A DNA stretch of 64,000 bases from a bacterium (GTDB lineage Bacteria > Krumholzibacteriota > Krumholzibacteriia > G020349025), in contig JANLSU010000069.1 in the NCBI GenBank assembly GCA_031362565.1, positions 32,001 to 96,000 of the forward strand, read 5' to 3'. How positions within the stretch are numbered: the first letter of the stretch is position 1; each line of letters opens with the position of its first letter. The notes under the pieces were generated by a model. That model had not been told where the DNA came from and did no database searches. It saw only the letters and a program-made list of their open reading frames with translations. Position numbers and translations under genes: made by a program. Shown piece by piece: positions 10,989 to 21,170 of the stretch.

Positions 10989-11171
10989 GTCCTCGCGCGG
11001 CAAGGCGCCTTTGGCACTGGTGCTGGCGCGGGCCCGACGATTCCGCCGCGGCCCAGGATATCATAGTGGGACATGCGGGGCGCCGACGCGGTCGGCGCGC
11101 GAGCCGCCGGGGTGAATTCTGCTAAAGTGTCCGCCTTCAAAAGGCTTTGGGGGATCGGTGAGAGCAAGGTC

Positions 11172-12047
11172 ATGATCGTTCACCTGGTTGACGGCACATA
11201 CGAGCTCTTCCGCCACTTCTACGGCCTGCGCCGCATCAACGACGGCAAGGCCCGGCCTTTCGGCGCCGTGCATGGCGTCTTGCACACCGTGCTGGAAATG
11301 ATCGAGACCGGCGCGACTCACATCGGCGTCGCGACCGATCATGTCATCGAGTCCTTCCGGAATGACCTTTGGTCCGGTTACAAGACGGGTGCCGGCATCG
11401 AGCGCGGGCTGTGGATGCAGTTTCACCCTCTCGAGGAAGCCTTGAGCGCCATGGGTGTTGCGGTGTGGCCGATGGTCGAGCTGGAAGCGGACGACGCGCT
11501 CGCGTCGGCGGCACGGATCGCGTCCGCCAGCCCGGGCGTCGAGAAGACCTGCATCTGGACACCCGATAAGGATCTGGCGCAGTGCGTCCGTGGCGACCTC
11601 GTCGTGCAAGTCGACCGCAAGAGCAACAAGATCCGCGACGCGGCCGGGGTGCGCGAAAAGTTCGGGGTCGAGCCCGCCCTGATCCCCGATTTCCTCGCCC
11701 TGGTTGGCGACGCCGCGGACGGCTACCCGGGTATCGCCGGAATCGGGCGGGTCACGGCGGCGCGGCTCTTGAATCGCCACGGTGCAATCGAGGCCTTCCC
11801 AGCCGACGTGTTGGGGGATCAGCGCGAGCTCGCGCTCTTGTTCAAGGATCTGGCGACGCTTCGGACGGATGCCAGCCTCTTCAATGACGCACGAGATATC
11901 TTCTGGCACGGCCCGACCGATGCGTTCGCCGCCTGCGTGGCGCGCCTCGGTGATCCTCGACTGTTGGAGAGGAGCCTCAAAGCGCGCGGTGCAATCGGAT
12001 CAAAAAAGAAGGCCTCCCGATCACCCCGCAGCGATGGGAGGCCTTGA
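11172..12047 (+). CDS. stand-alone 5'-3' exonuclease / flap endonuclease
   Basis: LVDGTYELFR, SFRND..YK, EADD, TPDKDLAQ, LVGD.ADGYPGI.GIG..TA (H3TH). Confidence 0.9.
   Translation: MIVHLVDGTYELFRHFYGLRRINDGKARPFGAVHGVLHTVLEMIETGATHIGVATDHVIESFRNDLWSGYKTGAGIERGLWMQFHPLEEALSAMGVAVWPMVELEADDALASAARIASASPGVEKTCIWTPDKDLAQCVRGDLVVQVDRKSNKIRDAAGVREKFGVEPALIPDFLALVGDAADGYPGIAGIGRVTAARLLNRHGAIEAFPADVLGDQRELALLFKDLATLRTDASLFNDARDIFWHGPTDAFAACVARLGDPRLLERSLKARGAIGSKKKASRSPRSDGRP
12002..12045 (-). terminator. probable intrinsic terminator of the histone-like gene
   Basis: AAGGCCTCCC (12009-18) / GGGAGGCCTT (12036-45) inverted repeat with an A6 tract on its left (U-tract on minus strand). Confidence 0.6.
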
Positions 12048-12065
12048 GCGGCGATCCGGCCCGAT

Positions 12066-12344
12066 CTACTTCGCGGTTGTCTTCTTCGCGCTCTTCTTGC
12101 GGCCGGCCTTCTTGCCGGCTCTCTTCGTTGCCGCTTTCTTCGTCGCGGCCTTCTTCGTGCCGGCCTTCTTCACGCTCTTCTTCTTGGCCGCCTTCTTCTT
12201 GTCGGCCTCGGCCTTGCTCTTCTTCGCCAGGTCGGCGCGATGCGCGCGCTCGTACGTCTGCATGTCGGTGATGCGGCCCTTCGCGTCGCGGACAGCGTAG
12301 AGTTTCTTCCCGGCGCTGCTGCGATGCGTCGTGCGTTTCGCCGT
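12066..12344 (-). CDS. small basic protein with histone H1-like Lys/Ala-rich tail
   Basis: AKRTTHRSSAGKKLYAVRDAKG..TYERAH followed by KKAA repeats; AAGGAG RBS 6 nt before ACG12344. Confidence 0.75.
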   Translation of the reverse strand, partial: TAKRTTHRSSAGKKLYAVRDAKGRITDMQTYERAHRADLAKKSKAEADKKKAAKKKSVKKAGTKKAATKKAATKRAGKKAGRKKSAKKTTAK

Positions 12345-12748
12345 GACGAACTCCTTTGAGAATGAAACGAGATTCGAGGCCACGAACTCCGACGTTGCGA
12401 GCTTCCATCTCGAGCTGAAAACGCATTCAAGCAATCGCCGCGAGTCTTGTCAACTCTCAGGTGGACGCTGCCTGACTCGTGACTCCTCCCCGTGTTCAAA
12501 CGGGCGATGCCCAACGTTGACCGTGCATGTCGCTCGGAGTACGATCCGCCCGAAGAGCAACGACGCGTCGGACTCGTGCGCAGGCTCAAGTGGGCCTCGC
12601 GATGGGAGCGTCGGCTCGGTCGCTTTCGTTCGGGGAGACGCACGTCACGCCGTGGGGCTCGGAGCAAGAGTTCGTGTATTGCTACTGATCGCATGCCGAA
12701 CTGACGAGCGTGGCGTCGTGCCATGGTCGGTATTGTGAAAGGCAAGCG

Positions 12749-13564
12749 GTGACCGATAACGCGGATGCTTCTCGCAGGCTCGCAGCCGAGTATTCGGCAA
12801 AGGCTACGGAGTATGCGCGCCGTTGGGCACCCGTACTCCACCCAATGGCTCGCGTCCTCCTCGGAGCATTGCCGCTCGAAACTGCGCGTCACGTCCTGGA
12901 CCTGGGTTGTGGCACGGGAGACCTGCTGGCCGACCTGCGCGCCGCCGCTCCCAGTGCGAGCCTGATCGGAGGCGATCGGGCGGAAGGTATGGTCCGAGTC
13001 GCGCGGCAGACCGAGTCGTGCAGTCTGCTGGTGACGGACGCCGAATTTCTGGGGTTGCGAGCCGAGACGTTCGACGTTGCGGTCCTGGCCTTCATGCTGT
13101 TTCACGTACCCGACCCGGCCGCGGCGCTGCGCGAGGTCTGGCGCGTGCTCCGGCGGAATGCGTTCGTTGGCATTGCAGTGTGGGGAACGGACCCGGGCAC
13201 CCCAGGCGCGGCGATCTGGACCGAAGAGCTGGACGCGAGTGGTGCCGCGCCGGATCCGCGCGATGCTCTCGTGATGGGGCAAGCTCGCATGAACACTGTC
13301 GAGCGGCTCGCTGTGCTGCTGCGCCAGGCGGATTTCCCGCCCCAGCGGATCTGGAGCGAGTGCTTCGCCCATCGGTGGACGGTGGAGGCCTTGTTGGGGA
13401 TGAACACGAGTTGCGGAATGCCGGCTCGAAGACTGGCCAGCTTGTCGAAGAAGGCGCAGGCGAGCTGCTGCGAGCGAGTTCGGTCGCGCATCATGACGTT
13501 CGCTGCCGACGACCTCGTCCATCGCCCCGAGATCTTGTTCGCCGTAGCCCGCCGACCGGCCTGA
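12749..13564 (+). CDS. class I SAM-dependent methyltransferase
   Basis: VLDLGCGTG motif I, FDVAV, LREVWRVLR; GTG start inferred. Confidence 0.85.
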   Translation: MTDNADASRRLAAEYSAKATEYARRWAPVLHPMARVLLGALPLETARHVLDLGCGTGDLLADLRAAAPSASLIGGDRAEGMVRVARQTESCSLLVTDAEFLGLRAETFDVAVLAFMLFHVPDPAAALREVWRVLRRNAFVGIAVWGTDPGTPGAAIWTEELDASGAAPDPRDALVMGQARMNTVERLAVLLRQADFPPQRIWSECFAHRWTVEALLGMNTSCGMPARRLASLSKKAQASCCERVRSRIMTFAADDLVHRPEILFAVARRPA

Positions 13565-14685
13565 TGCAGTTGTTCGCAACTTCGACGACCAAGGATGGCG
13601 ACGTGAGATCCAGTTCGCGACGCGGGGCTGTGCTGGGCCTTCTCGCTGCCGCCCTGTTCGGGCTGAGCGCTCCCATCTCGAAGCGCCTCTTGACGGAAGC
13701 GTCACCCCAAGTCCTCGCCGGGCTTCTATACCTGGGCGCTGGAATCGGCCTCTCCTTGTATCGCGCGGTCCGGCCCTCGACAGCCGAAGCCCAACCGCGG
13801 CGTTCGGATGCGCGAGCGCTCGTTGCCATGATCGCGCTTGGCGGCGTGATCGCACCGGTTCTCATGCTGCTCGGACTGCGTCGCGTCACCGCAGTCGCTG
13901 GCTCGCTCCTGCTCAACCTGGAAGCGCCGTTCACGATCTTGGTCGCTCTGTTCCTCTTTCACGAGCATTTGGGAAAGCGTGGATTCGTCGCGGCTGGGCT
14001 CATCATCGCTGGCGCAGTCGTTCTCGGCCTCGTTCCAGGTCCGTTCGGCACCGACCTGGTCGGCGCGTTCTGCATCTCGAGCGCGTGTTTGTGCTGGGCC
14101 CTCGACAACAACCTCACCCAACGGCTCACCGTGCGCGATCCGCTGGCGATTGTTAGGCTCAAGGCACTAACGGCGGGCGGACTGAATCTGGCGATCGGCC
14201 TTGGACTGGCCGGCCGTATTCCAGCTTTGCACGTCGTTTTGGCAGCTCTCGTACTCGGTAGCCTGAGCTACGGCGTGAGCGTGCTTCTCGACGCGTATGC
14301 GCTGCGGTTGGTAGGTGCCGCCCGAGAAGCGGCTTACTTCGCGACTGGACCCTTTATCGGGGCCATCGCATCGGCGGTGATGCTCGGCGAGCCCATTCGT
14401 GCGCGCGACACCCTGGCGATGGCGGTCATGGCGCTCGGAGTTGTGTTCTTACTACGCGAACGCCATGGACACCGGCATACGCACGAAGCGATCGAGCACG
14501 ATCACGTCCACGTGCACGACGGGCACCACCACCATGAGCATGGCGCTGGCGATCCACCCGGCGAGCCTCATGCCCATCCGCATGCGCACGTGCCGCTCGT
14601 GCACGACCATGCGCATGTGTCCGACCTACACCACCGCCACGGACACTCGAGGGTAGAGGATGCGGAAGGCGATCATCTAAGATAG
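13564..14685 (+). CDS. EamA/DMT family transporter with His-rich C-terminal tail
   Basis: TGATG overlap with upstream gene; about 10 TM helices, LLLNLE and WALDNNLT motifs; HxH-repeat tail. Confidence 0.9.
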   Translation: MQLFATSTTKDGDVRSSSRRGAVLGLLAAALFGLSAPISKRLLTEASPQVLAGLLYLGAGIGLSLYRAVRPSTAEAQPRRSDARALVAMIALGGVIAPVLMLLGLRRVTAVAGSLLLNLEAPFTILVALFLFHEHLGKRGFVAAGLIIAGAVVLGLVPGPFGTDLVGAFCISSACLCWALDNNLTQRLTVRDPLAIVRLKALTAGGLNLAIGLGLAGRIPALHVVLAALVLGSLSYGVSVLLDAYALRLVGAAREAAYFATGPFIGAIASAVMLGEPIRARDTLAMAVMALGVVFLLRERHGHRHTHEAIEHDHVHVHDGHHHHEHGAGDPPGEPHAHPHAHVPLVHDHAHVSDLHHRHGHSRVEDAEGDHLR

Positions 14686-14756
14686 GCCGTTACGACGGAA
14701 CGTCCGACTGCACAGGGCACGCGGGCAACTCGAAATGCGTTTGTGGAGGGATACGA

Positions 14757-15692
14757 ATGAGCACCGATTTGAATGCCTGGCCCAGCCTCGACTATGCGGC
14801 GTGGAGCGACACGGCGGCCACGTTGCACCTGTGGACACAGATCGTCGGCAAGATTCGCCTCATTCGATCGCCGTGGACCAATCATTCCTGGCACGTGACG
14901 CTCTACGTCACATCGACAGGGTTGAGCACCTCGACCATCGCCCACGGCGATCGCGCCTTCCAGATCGATTTCGACTTCGTCGCTCATCGCCTCGTCGTGT
15001 CCTCGAACGATGGCCGTTCGCGCCATGTGCCGCTCGAACCGCAGTCGGTCGCCGCGTTCTATGCCCGGCTCATGCAGGCGTTGGACGAGCTCGACCTTGG
15101 CGTGCACATCCACAAGACGCCGAACGAAATCGCCGACCCGATTCCGTTCGACCGGGACGAAACCCATCGGTCCTACGATCCGGAGTACGCCAACCGCTAC
15201 TGGCGGGTGCTGGTGCAGGCGGACCGCGTGTTCAAGGTGTTCCGCGCCCGGTTCTTGGGCAAGTGCAGCCCGGTGCATTTTTTCTGGGGTGCCCCGGACC
15301 TCGCGGTGACGCGATTCTCCGGGCGCCCGGCCCCGCAGCACCCGGGCGGGGTCCCGAATCTCCCCGATTGGGTGACGCGCGAAGCGTATTCGCATGAGGT
15401 GAGTAGCTGCGGGTTCTGGGCTGGCGGCGGACCGATTCCGTATCCAGTGTTCTATTCGTACGCCTATCCGGAGCCGGCGGGGTTTCCGGAACAACGCGTC
15501 GCGCCGAGTGCGGCGTTCTACAGCACCGATCTTCGGGAGTTCCTCATTCCGTACGATCAGGTGCGGCAGTCGAGTTCTCCGGATGCGACGCTTCTCGAGT
15601 TCCTGCAGACCACCTACGAGGCGGCAGCGAACTTAGCCGGCTGGGATCGAGCCGCGCTGGAGCGACAGTCGGACCCGCAGCGGGCTGTTTGA
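14757..15692 (+). CDS. DUF5996 family protein
   Basis: GGAGG RBS; TLHLWTQIVGKIRL, NHSWH, PVHFFWG.DLAVTRFSGR, EAYSHE, FYSYAYP. Confidence 0.85.
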   Translation: MSTDLNAWPSLDYAAWSDTAATLHLWTQIVGKIRLIRSPWTNHSWHVTLYVTSTGLSTSTIAHGDRAFQIDFDFVAHRLVVSSNDGRSRHVPLEPQSVAAFYARLMQALDELDLGVHIHKTPNEIADPIPFDRDETHRSYDPEYANRYWRVLVQADRVFKVFRARFLGKCSPVHFFWGAPDLAVTRFSGRPAPQHPGGVPNLPDWVTREAYSHEVSSCGFWAGGGPIPYPVFYSYAYPEPAGFPEQRVAPSAAFYSTDLREFLIPYDQVRQSSSPDATLLEFLQTTYEAAANLAGWDRAALERQSDPQRAV

Positions 15693-15731
15693 CCGGCGGT
15701 GATGACAAGAGCGTCTCCCGGGACCGTGGGC

Positions 15732-16457
15732 TCACCAAATCGTCGCGCCCAGCCCAACGAATGCCTGCAGATACCCAGGGTGGATCGTCACCGCACCCCG
15801 GCTGGTGAGCTGCTGCGGAACATTGAAACTCTTCAAGAACCGCGTGCCGCCTTCCACGAAAAAACGCCGGTATTGCAGGTCGCAACCGATCGTGAAATCG
15901 TACCCGAATGCCGCGTTGGATTCGGAGCCAAGGTCCTGGTGCAAAGACTGGTCGGGGTTCGCGTCGTTCGGTACCGTGAGCTGAGTGCCGATCGTGTACA
16001 TGTGCACGGCCACATTTGCACCCACGAATGGCCGGAAGAAACCGTGGCCATGCGGCCCCAGCTCCCCACCCAAGGTCACGCGGAAGAACTGCTGCGAAGT
16101 TGTTTGCTCGACGCGCAGTGGGCTTTGTGGGTCATTGACCAGTATCGTTCGATCGAGGAGATTGACGATTTCGAAGCCGGCGCCGAACCCGATGCCGTGC
16201 TGCAGGAACGATGGACTGACGACGGCGCGAATGCCGCCGCCCCAACCGGCGCTGCTGAAATCTTTGGCGTCCGCACCGCTCGGTTCGATCCGCACCCCAT
16301 AGAGTGCGATCTTGACCGGAGTGCCGGTCGCGTGCGCTGCGTGAGTTGGCGCGCAAAGAGATCCAGCCATCAGGGCCAAGCTGGTGACAATGGCCGATTG
16401 TGACGGAGACGACGTCTTCATGCGTCTGCCTTTCTTCCCCATAGGTCTGGGACGCAT
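15732..16457 (-). CDS. outer-membrane beta-barrel domain protein
   Basis: signal peptide, amphipathic strands, RPFVG, terminal Trp; start may be a downstream Met. Confidence 0.7.
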   Translation of the reverse strand: MRPRPMGKKGRRMKTSSPSQSAIVTSLALMAGSLCAPTHAAHATGTPVKIALYGVRIEPSGADAKDFSSAGWGGGIRAVVSPSFLQHGIGFGAGFEIVNLLDRTILVNDPQSPLRVEQTTSQQFFRVTLGGELGPHGHGFFRPFVGANVAVHMYTIGTQLTVPNDANPDQSLHQDLGSESNAAFGYDFTIGCDLQYRRFFVEGGTRFLKSFNVPQQLTSRGAVTIHPGYLQAFVGLGATIW

Positions 16458-16534
16458 GGCCGCGAGAAATCGCGAACGCGCGCCATCCCTGCCGAAACTG
16501 TGATCAGGGAGGAAGGTAGCAGATCCCCGTCGCT

Positions 16535-17122
16535 TCAGGGTTTGTGCTTCATCGGCACCTTGAGTTCACCCAGCTCCACGATCATGTCCTCGGCCGAGGT
16601 CGGCGGCCGGACCTGCTTGTCGATGAAGGCGATCTTGCCATTCTTGTCGATGTAGAAGGTCCAGCGGTTGGAGAAGCCGCGTGGGTTCATGACGCCGTAC
16701 GCGGTCGCGACTTCCTGGGTTGGATCGGCGAGGATGGGGAAGTCGGCCGCTGCCTTTTCGACGACCTTGGCGGTTTCTCCCTGGCCGAGCGTCACCGACG
16801 TCGCCTTTGCGAACGCCGCGTTGTCGGCGACCGAATCGACGCTCGCCATGAAGTACGCCACGTCATACTTCCGGATCTTGGCGCCGTTTTCGGCCAGTGA
16901 CTTGCATTCGATCGTGCAGCCGCCCGTGAATGCCTTGGGGAACCAGGCCACAACTACGGCCTTCTTGCCTTTGAAGTCCGCCAGCTTGTACGTCTTGCCG
17001 TCGGACGCTTGGAGCGCAAAGTCTGGGGCCTGATCGCCGACCTTGAGTTCGACGCCACGCACGGGCGCAGTCACTCCCATGGCCAGGCTTGCAGCGACTG
17101 CAATCGTCAACATCCGACGCAT
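16535..17122 (-). CDS. exported peroxiredoxin (BCP/AhpC-TSA-like)
   Basis: AGGAGG RBS; signal peptide; APDF, FPKAFTGGCTIEC, RWTFYID. Confidence 0.9.
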   Translation of the reverse strand: MRRMLTIAVAASLAMGVTAPVRGVELKVGDQAPDFALQASDGKTYKLADFKGKKAVVVAWFPKAFTGGCTIECKSLAENGAKIRKYDVAYFMASVDSVADNAAFAKATSVTLGQGETAKVVEKAAADFPILADPTQEVATAYGVMNPRGFSNRWTFYIDKNGKIAFIDKQVRPPTSAEDMIVELGELKVPMKHKP

Positions 17123-17158
17123 TCACGAACCTCCTGGGTCGATACGACTTCGTGGCGG

Positions 17159-18359
17159 TTAGGGCCTGGATTCGGCACCGTCGCCGCTGCCGCGGTGTGA
17201 TGGATCGAGCTCGGCGATCTTGCGCGTCAGCGCCTGGGTCAGGAACGGCAGGTGCCCGGCGACGCCGATTGCGGCGTTGCGCACCGATCGCGCTGCCGGC
17301 GACCCGAGCGTCGCCATCCGCGTCATGCGATCGGTGAACGCCACAACCTCCCCGGCAACCTTTGTGGCGGTGGCTGGCCCAAGCATCGAGCCGCTCGGTG
17401 TCGGCACCACCAATCACGTCGGCCAGCACACCGGCGAGCGACATCGCATCCTGAATGCCGGTGTTCATGCCCTGGCCGCCGGCCGGGCTGTGTACGTGGG
17501 CTGCGTCCCCACAGAGCAGCACGCGCCCTTTCCGGGGGCTCTCGGCGACCCGATGGTGGACGCGGAACCGTGACGACCAGACGCTGTCTTGGATCTGCGC
17601 CTTCTTGGCGTGCGGGCCGCGCGCGTCGAGCAGGTCCTGGATGTAGGCGGCCGAAGGCTGCTCCGGCGCATCGTCGGCCGTGGCGACGATGCGGTAGCGG
17701 TTCTCGGGCAGCGGCGCCACGACAACGAAACCTTCCGGCGCGAAGAAGAGGCTTCCCTCGTCCTGGGGGAGCGGCCAATCCATGTGCACGTCGGCCAGTA
17801 CGAAGCTCTGATCGTACACGGCGCCCGAAAACCCGATCTTGGCGTTATCCCGAACGCGGCTGTGCATGCCATCGCAGCCGACGATCCAACGCGCCCGGAC
17901 CGTTTGTGCGACGCCATCCAGAACGATGTCGGCTTCGCCGCCGTCAGGCGTGACACGCACCGCGGTCGCTTCGGCCGGGCGCACGACGTCGCCGCCCAGC
18001 GCTTGTAGCCGTGCGAGTAGGATCGCCTCGGTACAATTCTGTGGGCACATCAGAGTGAAGGCGTACTGGCTCGGAATTTCCTTGAAGTCGAGCGCCAGGA
18101 GGGTTCGATCGTGGTCGCGGACGCGAAAGATTGGCACCTTCAAACCCTGCTGCAGCATCGTTGGGACGACGCCGAGGGGCTCCAAGACTTCGAGGGTGCG
18201 GGCATGCACGACGGCGGCCCGCGAGGTGTTGGCGCCTTCGGAGAGTTTGTCGATCGTGATTGCCTCGACACCGCGCCGGCGAAGTTCAGCCGAGAGCGCC
18301 AGGCCCGTCGGGCCCGCACCGATGATCAGGATCTCCATTTGTGAAGGCATGGTTCGCAT
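17159..18359 (-). pseudogene. FAD-dependent monooxygenase with a frameshift near its 3' end
   Basis: GAGPTG, GCDG..S.VR, GDAAHVHSPAGGQGMNTG; C-terminus (VAGEVVAFTDRMTRMAT..RKIAEL) continues in another frame after an apparent extra base at about 17361-17363. Confidence 0.75.
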
Positions 18360-18547
18360 CTCTGTTTCTTCGGAACAGTCGACACGCGTGTGGCTCGCGG
18401 GGCGAAACGGAACTATACCGGTCAGGGCAGGGAGGCAACAACCACCGACCGGCCGCACCCGAGGCCGGGCCACGGGCGCCGTACAGGTTTGCAGCAGAGT
18501 TTTGAGCCCTCGTGATTCGAGCCCGACCTGCGTATTGCCTTCGCTGT

Positions 18548-18727
18548 TTACGTGCCGGGCGGGTCGCGGCGGCGCGTCTTGGCGACTCCACTCACGATCC
18601 CCATTCCCAGCAGGACGACAACGCCCACGCCGATCCACCGTGGCGGCAAGTGGAGCATGCTGGCGGCGACCGCCAATCCGGCGATGAGGATCATGTATCC
18701 GATGATGTAGAGAACGAACGACGACAT
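18548..18727 (-). CDS. small two-TM membrane protein
   Basis: AGGAG RBS; MSSFVLYIIG..GIVSGVAKTRRRDPP. Confidence 0.75.
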   Translation of the reverse strand: MSSFVLYIIGYMILIAGLAVAASMLHLPPRWIGVGVVVLLGMGIVSGVAKTRRRDPPGT

Positions 18728-18785
18728 GAGTTGTGCTCCTTCGACAAGGACTTCACTGAGCACGCGGCAGCGCTCCGGCGCCGCG

Positions 18786-19223
18786 TCAACCGCGGACGGT
18801 GAATCCTTTGGTTTCCTTCATTGCGCCGTTCAAGCCAATGCGTACCTGGTGCTTTCCAGCCGGCCACGGACCCGGATTGACGATGTAAAAGCTCGTGTAG
18901 CCGGTGCCGGGTTGGTTGGTCACGAGTTCCTTCTCGGAGACGACCTGTTCGGTCCCGCCCTCCGTGAAGAGCCAGCGCGCACTGATTCGAGTGCCGACGG
19001 GGGTGCTCTCGGTCTTGACCGATGCAAAGATCGTATCGCTGGGTGTAAAGGTGTCGACCGCGACGTTCACCTGCTGCGCGCTGTTGACCGCGCGCCCGAG
19101 CGAAACGTCGGTAACCATGGCGGTTGCCGGTGCTTGGTTCGCCTCTTTCTTCGCGCAGGCCACGACCAGCATCAGCGCAATAGCGGCGCATGATGCCTTG
19201 AATGCAGAAGCATTTGTACGCAC
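18786..19223 (-). CDS. hypothetical lipoprotein, probable beta-sandwich
   Basis: GGAGG RBS, GTG start; lipobox VVAC; F.P.DTI.ASV and WPAGK motifs. Confidence 0.75.
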   Translation of the reverse strand: MRTNASAFKASCAAIALMLVVACAKKEANQAPATAMVTDVSLGRAVNSAQQVNVAVDTFTPSDTIFASVKTESTPVGTRISARWLFTEGGTEQVVSEKELVTNQPGTGYTSFYIVNPGPWPAGKHQVRIGLNGAMKETKGFTVRG

Positions 19224-19237
19224 GTCGACCCTCCTGG

Positions 19238-19543
19238 TCACGGGATGATGAATTTCTGCCCCGGGTAGATGAGATCCGGGTTCTTGATCTGATCACGATT
19301 GGCGTCGTAGATTTTCCGCCATTGGTTGGCGTTGCCGTAGAATTGGTGCGCAATCTTCGAGAGACTGTCGCCGCTCTTGACCTCATAGGTTGTTGCCGCT
19401 TTTGTTGCAGCAGCAGGCACCGCGGGTGAGGCAACCGGCTCCGTGCGGAGCGTCGAATTGCCTCCAGACCGAACGCCGGTAAAACCGCGCTCCGCAGCAT
19501 CTGGTTTCTTGTTCTTCCCGAAAATCTTGTCGAGAAAACCCAT
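19238..19543 (-). CDS. LysM peptidoglycan-binding domain protein
   Basis: YEVKSGDSLSKIA..YG..WRKIYDANRDQIKNPDLIYPGQ. Confidence 0.9.
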   Translation of the reverse strand: MGFLDKIFGKNKKPDAAERGFTGVRSGGNSTLRTEPVASPAVPAAATKAATTYEVKSGDSLSKIAHQFYGNANQWRKIYDANRDQIKNPDLIYPGQKFIIP

Positions 19544-19666
19544 GTCCTACCCCCTTTGGTGGGATTCGATTGCAGACTCTTGGATGCTCGGGCGAGCATC
19601 CCGTGACACCGAGCGAGAGTAGCCCCCGCGCACGTCACTCACAACCACGAGATAATGAACAAATCG

Positions 19667-20356
19667 TCACGCAATTCGCACCCGCGCTCCCCGGATCACG
19701 AGCCAAAGGATGATCGGGACTTCGGCAATCTCCAGAATCATCGCGAACTGGCCGACGGCATGCCCGTACCGTGGCAGAATCAGTGAAGTAAACGCACTGA
19801 CCAGATAGGCGACGCCGGCAATGAACAGCAAGACCCCGAAGATGCGCGGGATGAATCCCGATCGAATGGCAAGAATTCCGAACGGAAAAAGCCACAGCCC
19901 CCAGAAGATCGAGGCGACGGTAATACCCTGGCTGTGCAAGCGGAGGAACAGGAAGGCCAATGCATCCAGCTGAGCCGGTGTGAATACCGACAGGGAATCG
20001 GCACCGCGAACCAGGATCAGTGCGGCGACTTCGTTGAGCACGTTAAAAAACATGATCGGGACGGGAGTCAAAGATAGGATTACCATCAACACAGCATGTT
20101 TCGTGCTGACCGCCTTGAACAAGCGATAAAGTGCCAGGACCAGAAAAATACCAACCGTCTGATGGAACAATTCGCTCGCGATGCCGAGTCGAAGCAGCGA
20201 CTCGGATGCGCGGATGCGATCGGCCGTCGCCGCTGCGTCGCCCGACACGATTAGCTTGCCAGGGACATACTCCAGGCCAATGGGTGCCGTGATTCCGACC
20301 AGGAGATAGAGGAATCCAGCGACCCGGGCTTGCTTCTGGATCAAGTTCGTGGCCAT
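19667..20356 (-). CDS. DUF4386 family membrane protein
   Basis: ARVAGFLYL, FWGLWLFPFG, SGFIPR; multiple TM helices. Confidence 0.85.
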   Translation of the reverse strand: MATNLIQKQARVAGFLYLLVGITAPIGLEYVPGKLIVSGDAAATADRIRASESLLRLGIASELFHQTVGIFLVLALYRLFKAVSTKHAVLMVILSLTPVPIMFFNVLNEVAALILVRGADSLSVFTPAQLDALAFLFLRLHSQGITVASIFWGLWLFPFGILAIRSGFIPRIFGVLLFIAGVAYLVSAFTSLILPRYGHAVGQFAMILEIAEVPIILWLVIRGARVRIA

Positions 20357-20602
20357 GGTCCTTGCCTCGCGCTCGACTGGGCCAGGGCGATCGGGCTCGC
20401 CACGACCATGTGAGAGTGACGCGTCGTCGTACGCCCGGGCGGGGGAGAAGGTTGCACCGCGCCTGCCGCGCTCGCTCATCACCGCCCTCTGCAACCCGCC
20501 AGGCCCCTTGGTACCGGCGGTGGGCTGGTCGATTCTCTACAATATCCGCGCCCCCTCATTCGTCTAGAACGGTAGACGAAGGACGCGGCGAGCCTGGAGC
20601 AG

Positions 20603-21160
20603 ATGACACTCGAACAGGACCAGCGGATCTCTGAAGTGGTCAACCGGGAACAGTCCCGGCTGCGCAACTTCATTCGCGGGCGCGTGCCCGACCCGGGCGA
20701 CGCCGAGGACATCCTGCAGGACGTCTTCTACGAACTGGTAGAAGCAAATCGGCTGCTCATGCCGATCGACCACGTCACGGGTTGGCTGTTTCGCGTCGCG
20801 CGCAATCGCATCATCGATCTCTTCCGAAAAAAGAGACCGGTGAGCTTCAGCGACGTCGCGGTCGCCGGCGACGGGGACGAACTGCTGCGGTTGGAAGACC
20901 TGCTGCCTTCGCCCGATGCCGGACCGGAGGCGCTCTACGCCCGCCAGGTGCTTCTCGAGGAACTCGAGCTGGCGGTCGAAGAGCTGCCGGAGGATCAGCG
21001 CCGAGTCTTCATCGCGCATGAACTGGAAGGGCGCAGCTTCAAGGACATGGCGGCCGCGACAGGTCTCAGCGTCAACACGCTGCTGTCTCGTAAACGCTAT
21101 GCGGTGCTCCACCTGCGCGAGCGGTTGCAGACCTTGTTCGACGAATTCACGAAAGGATGA
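20603..21160 (+). CDS. ECF RNA polymerase sigma-70 factor
   Basis: DAEDILQDVF, WLFRVARNRIID, region 4 LPEDQRRVF..SVNTLLSRKRYA. Confidence 0.92.
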   Translation: MTLEQDQRISEVVNREQSRLRNFIRGRVPDPGDAEDILQDVFYELVEANRLLMPIDHVTGWLFRVARNRIIDLFRKKRPVSFSDVAVAGDGDELLRLEDLLPSPDAGPEALYARQVLLEELELAVEELPEDQRRVFIAHELEGRSFKDMAAATGLSVNTLLSRKRYAVLHLRERLQTLFDEFTKG

Positions 21161-21170
21161 GGAACGGAAC

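Noticed and set aside
12823..13563. Apparent long N-terminal extension of the EamA ORF
   Set aside because: Overlaps the methyltransferase in another frame; the TGATG junction defines the real start.
16895..16930. Possible selenocysteine in the peroxiredoxin active site
   Set aside because: Both codons are TGC; no in-frame TGA.
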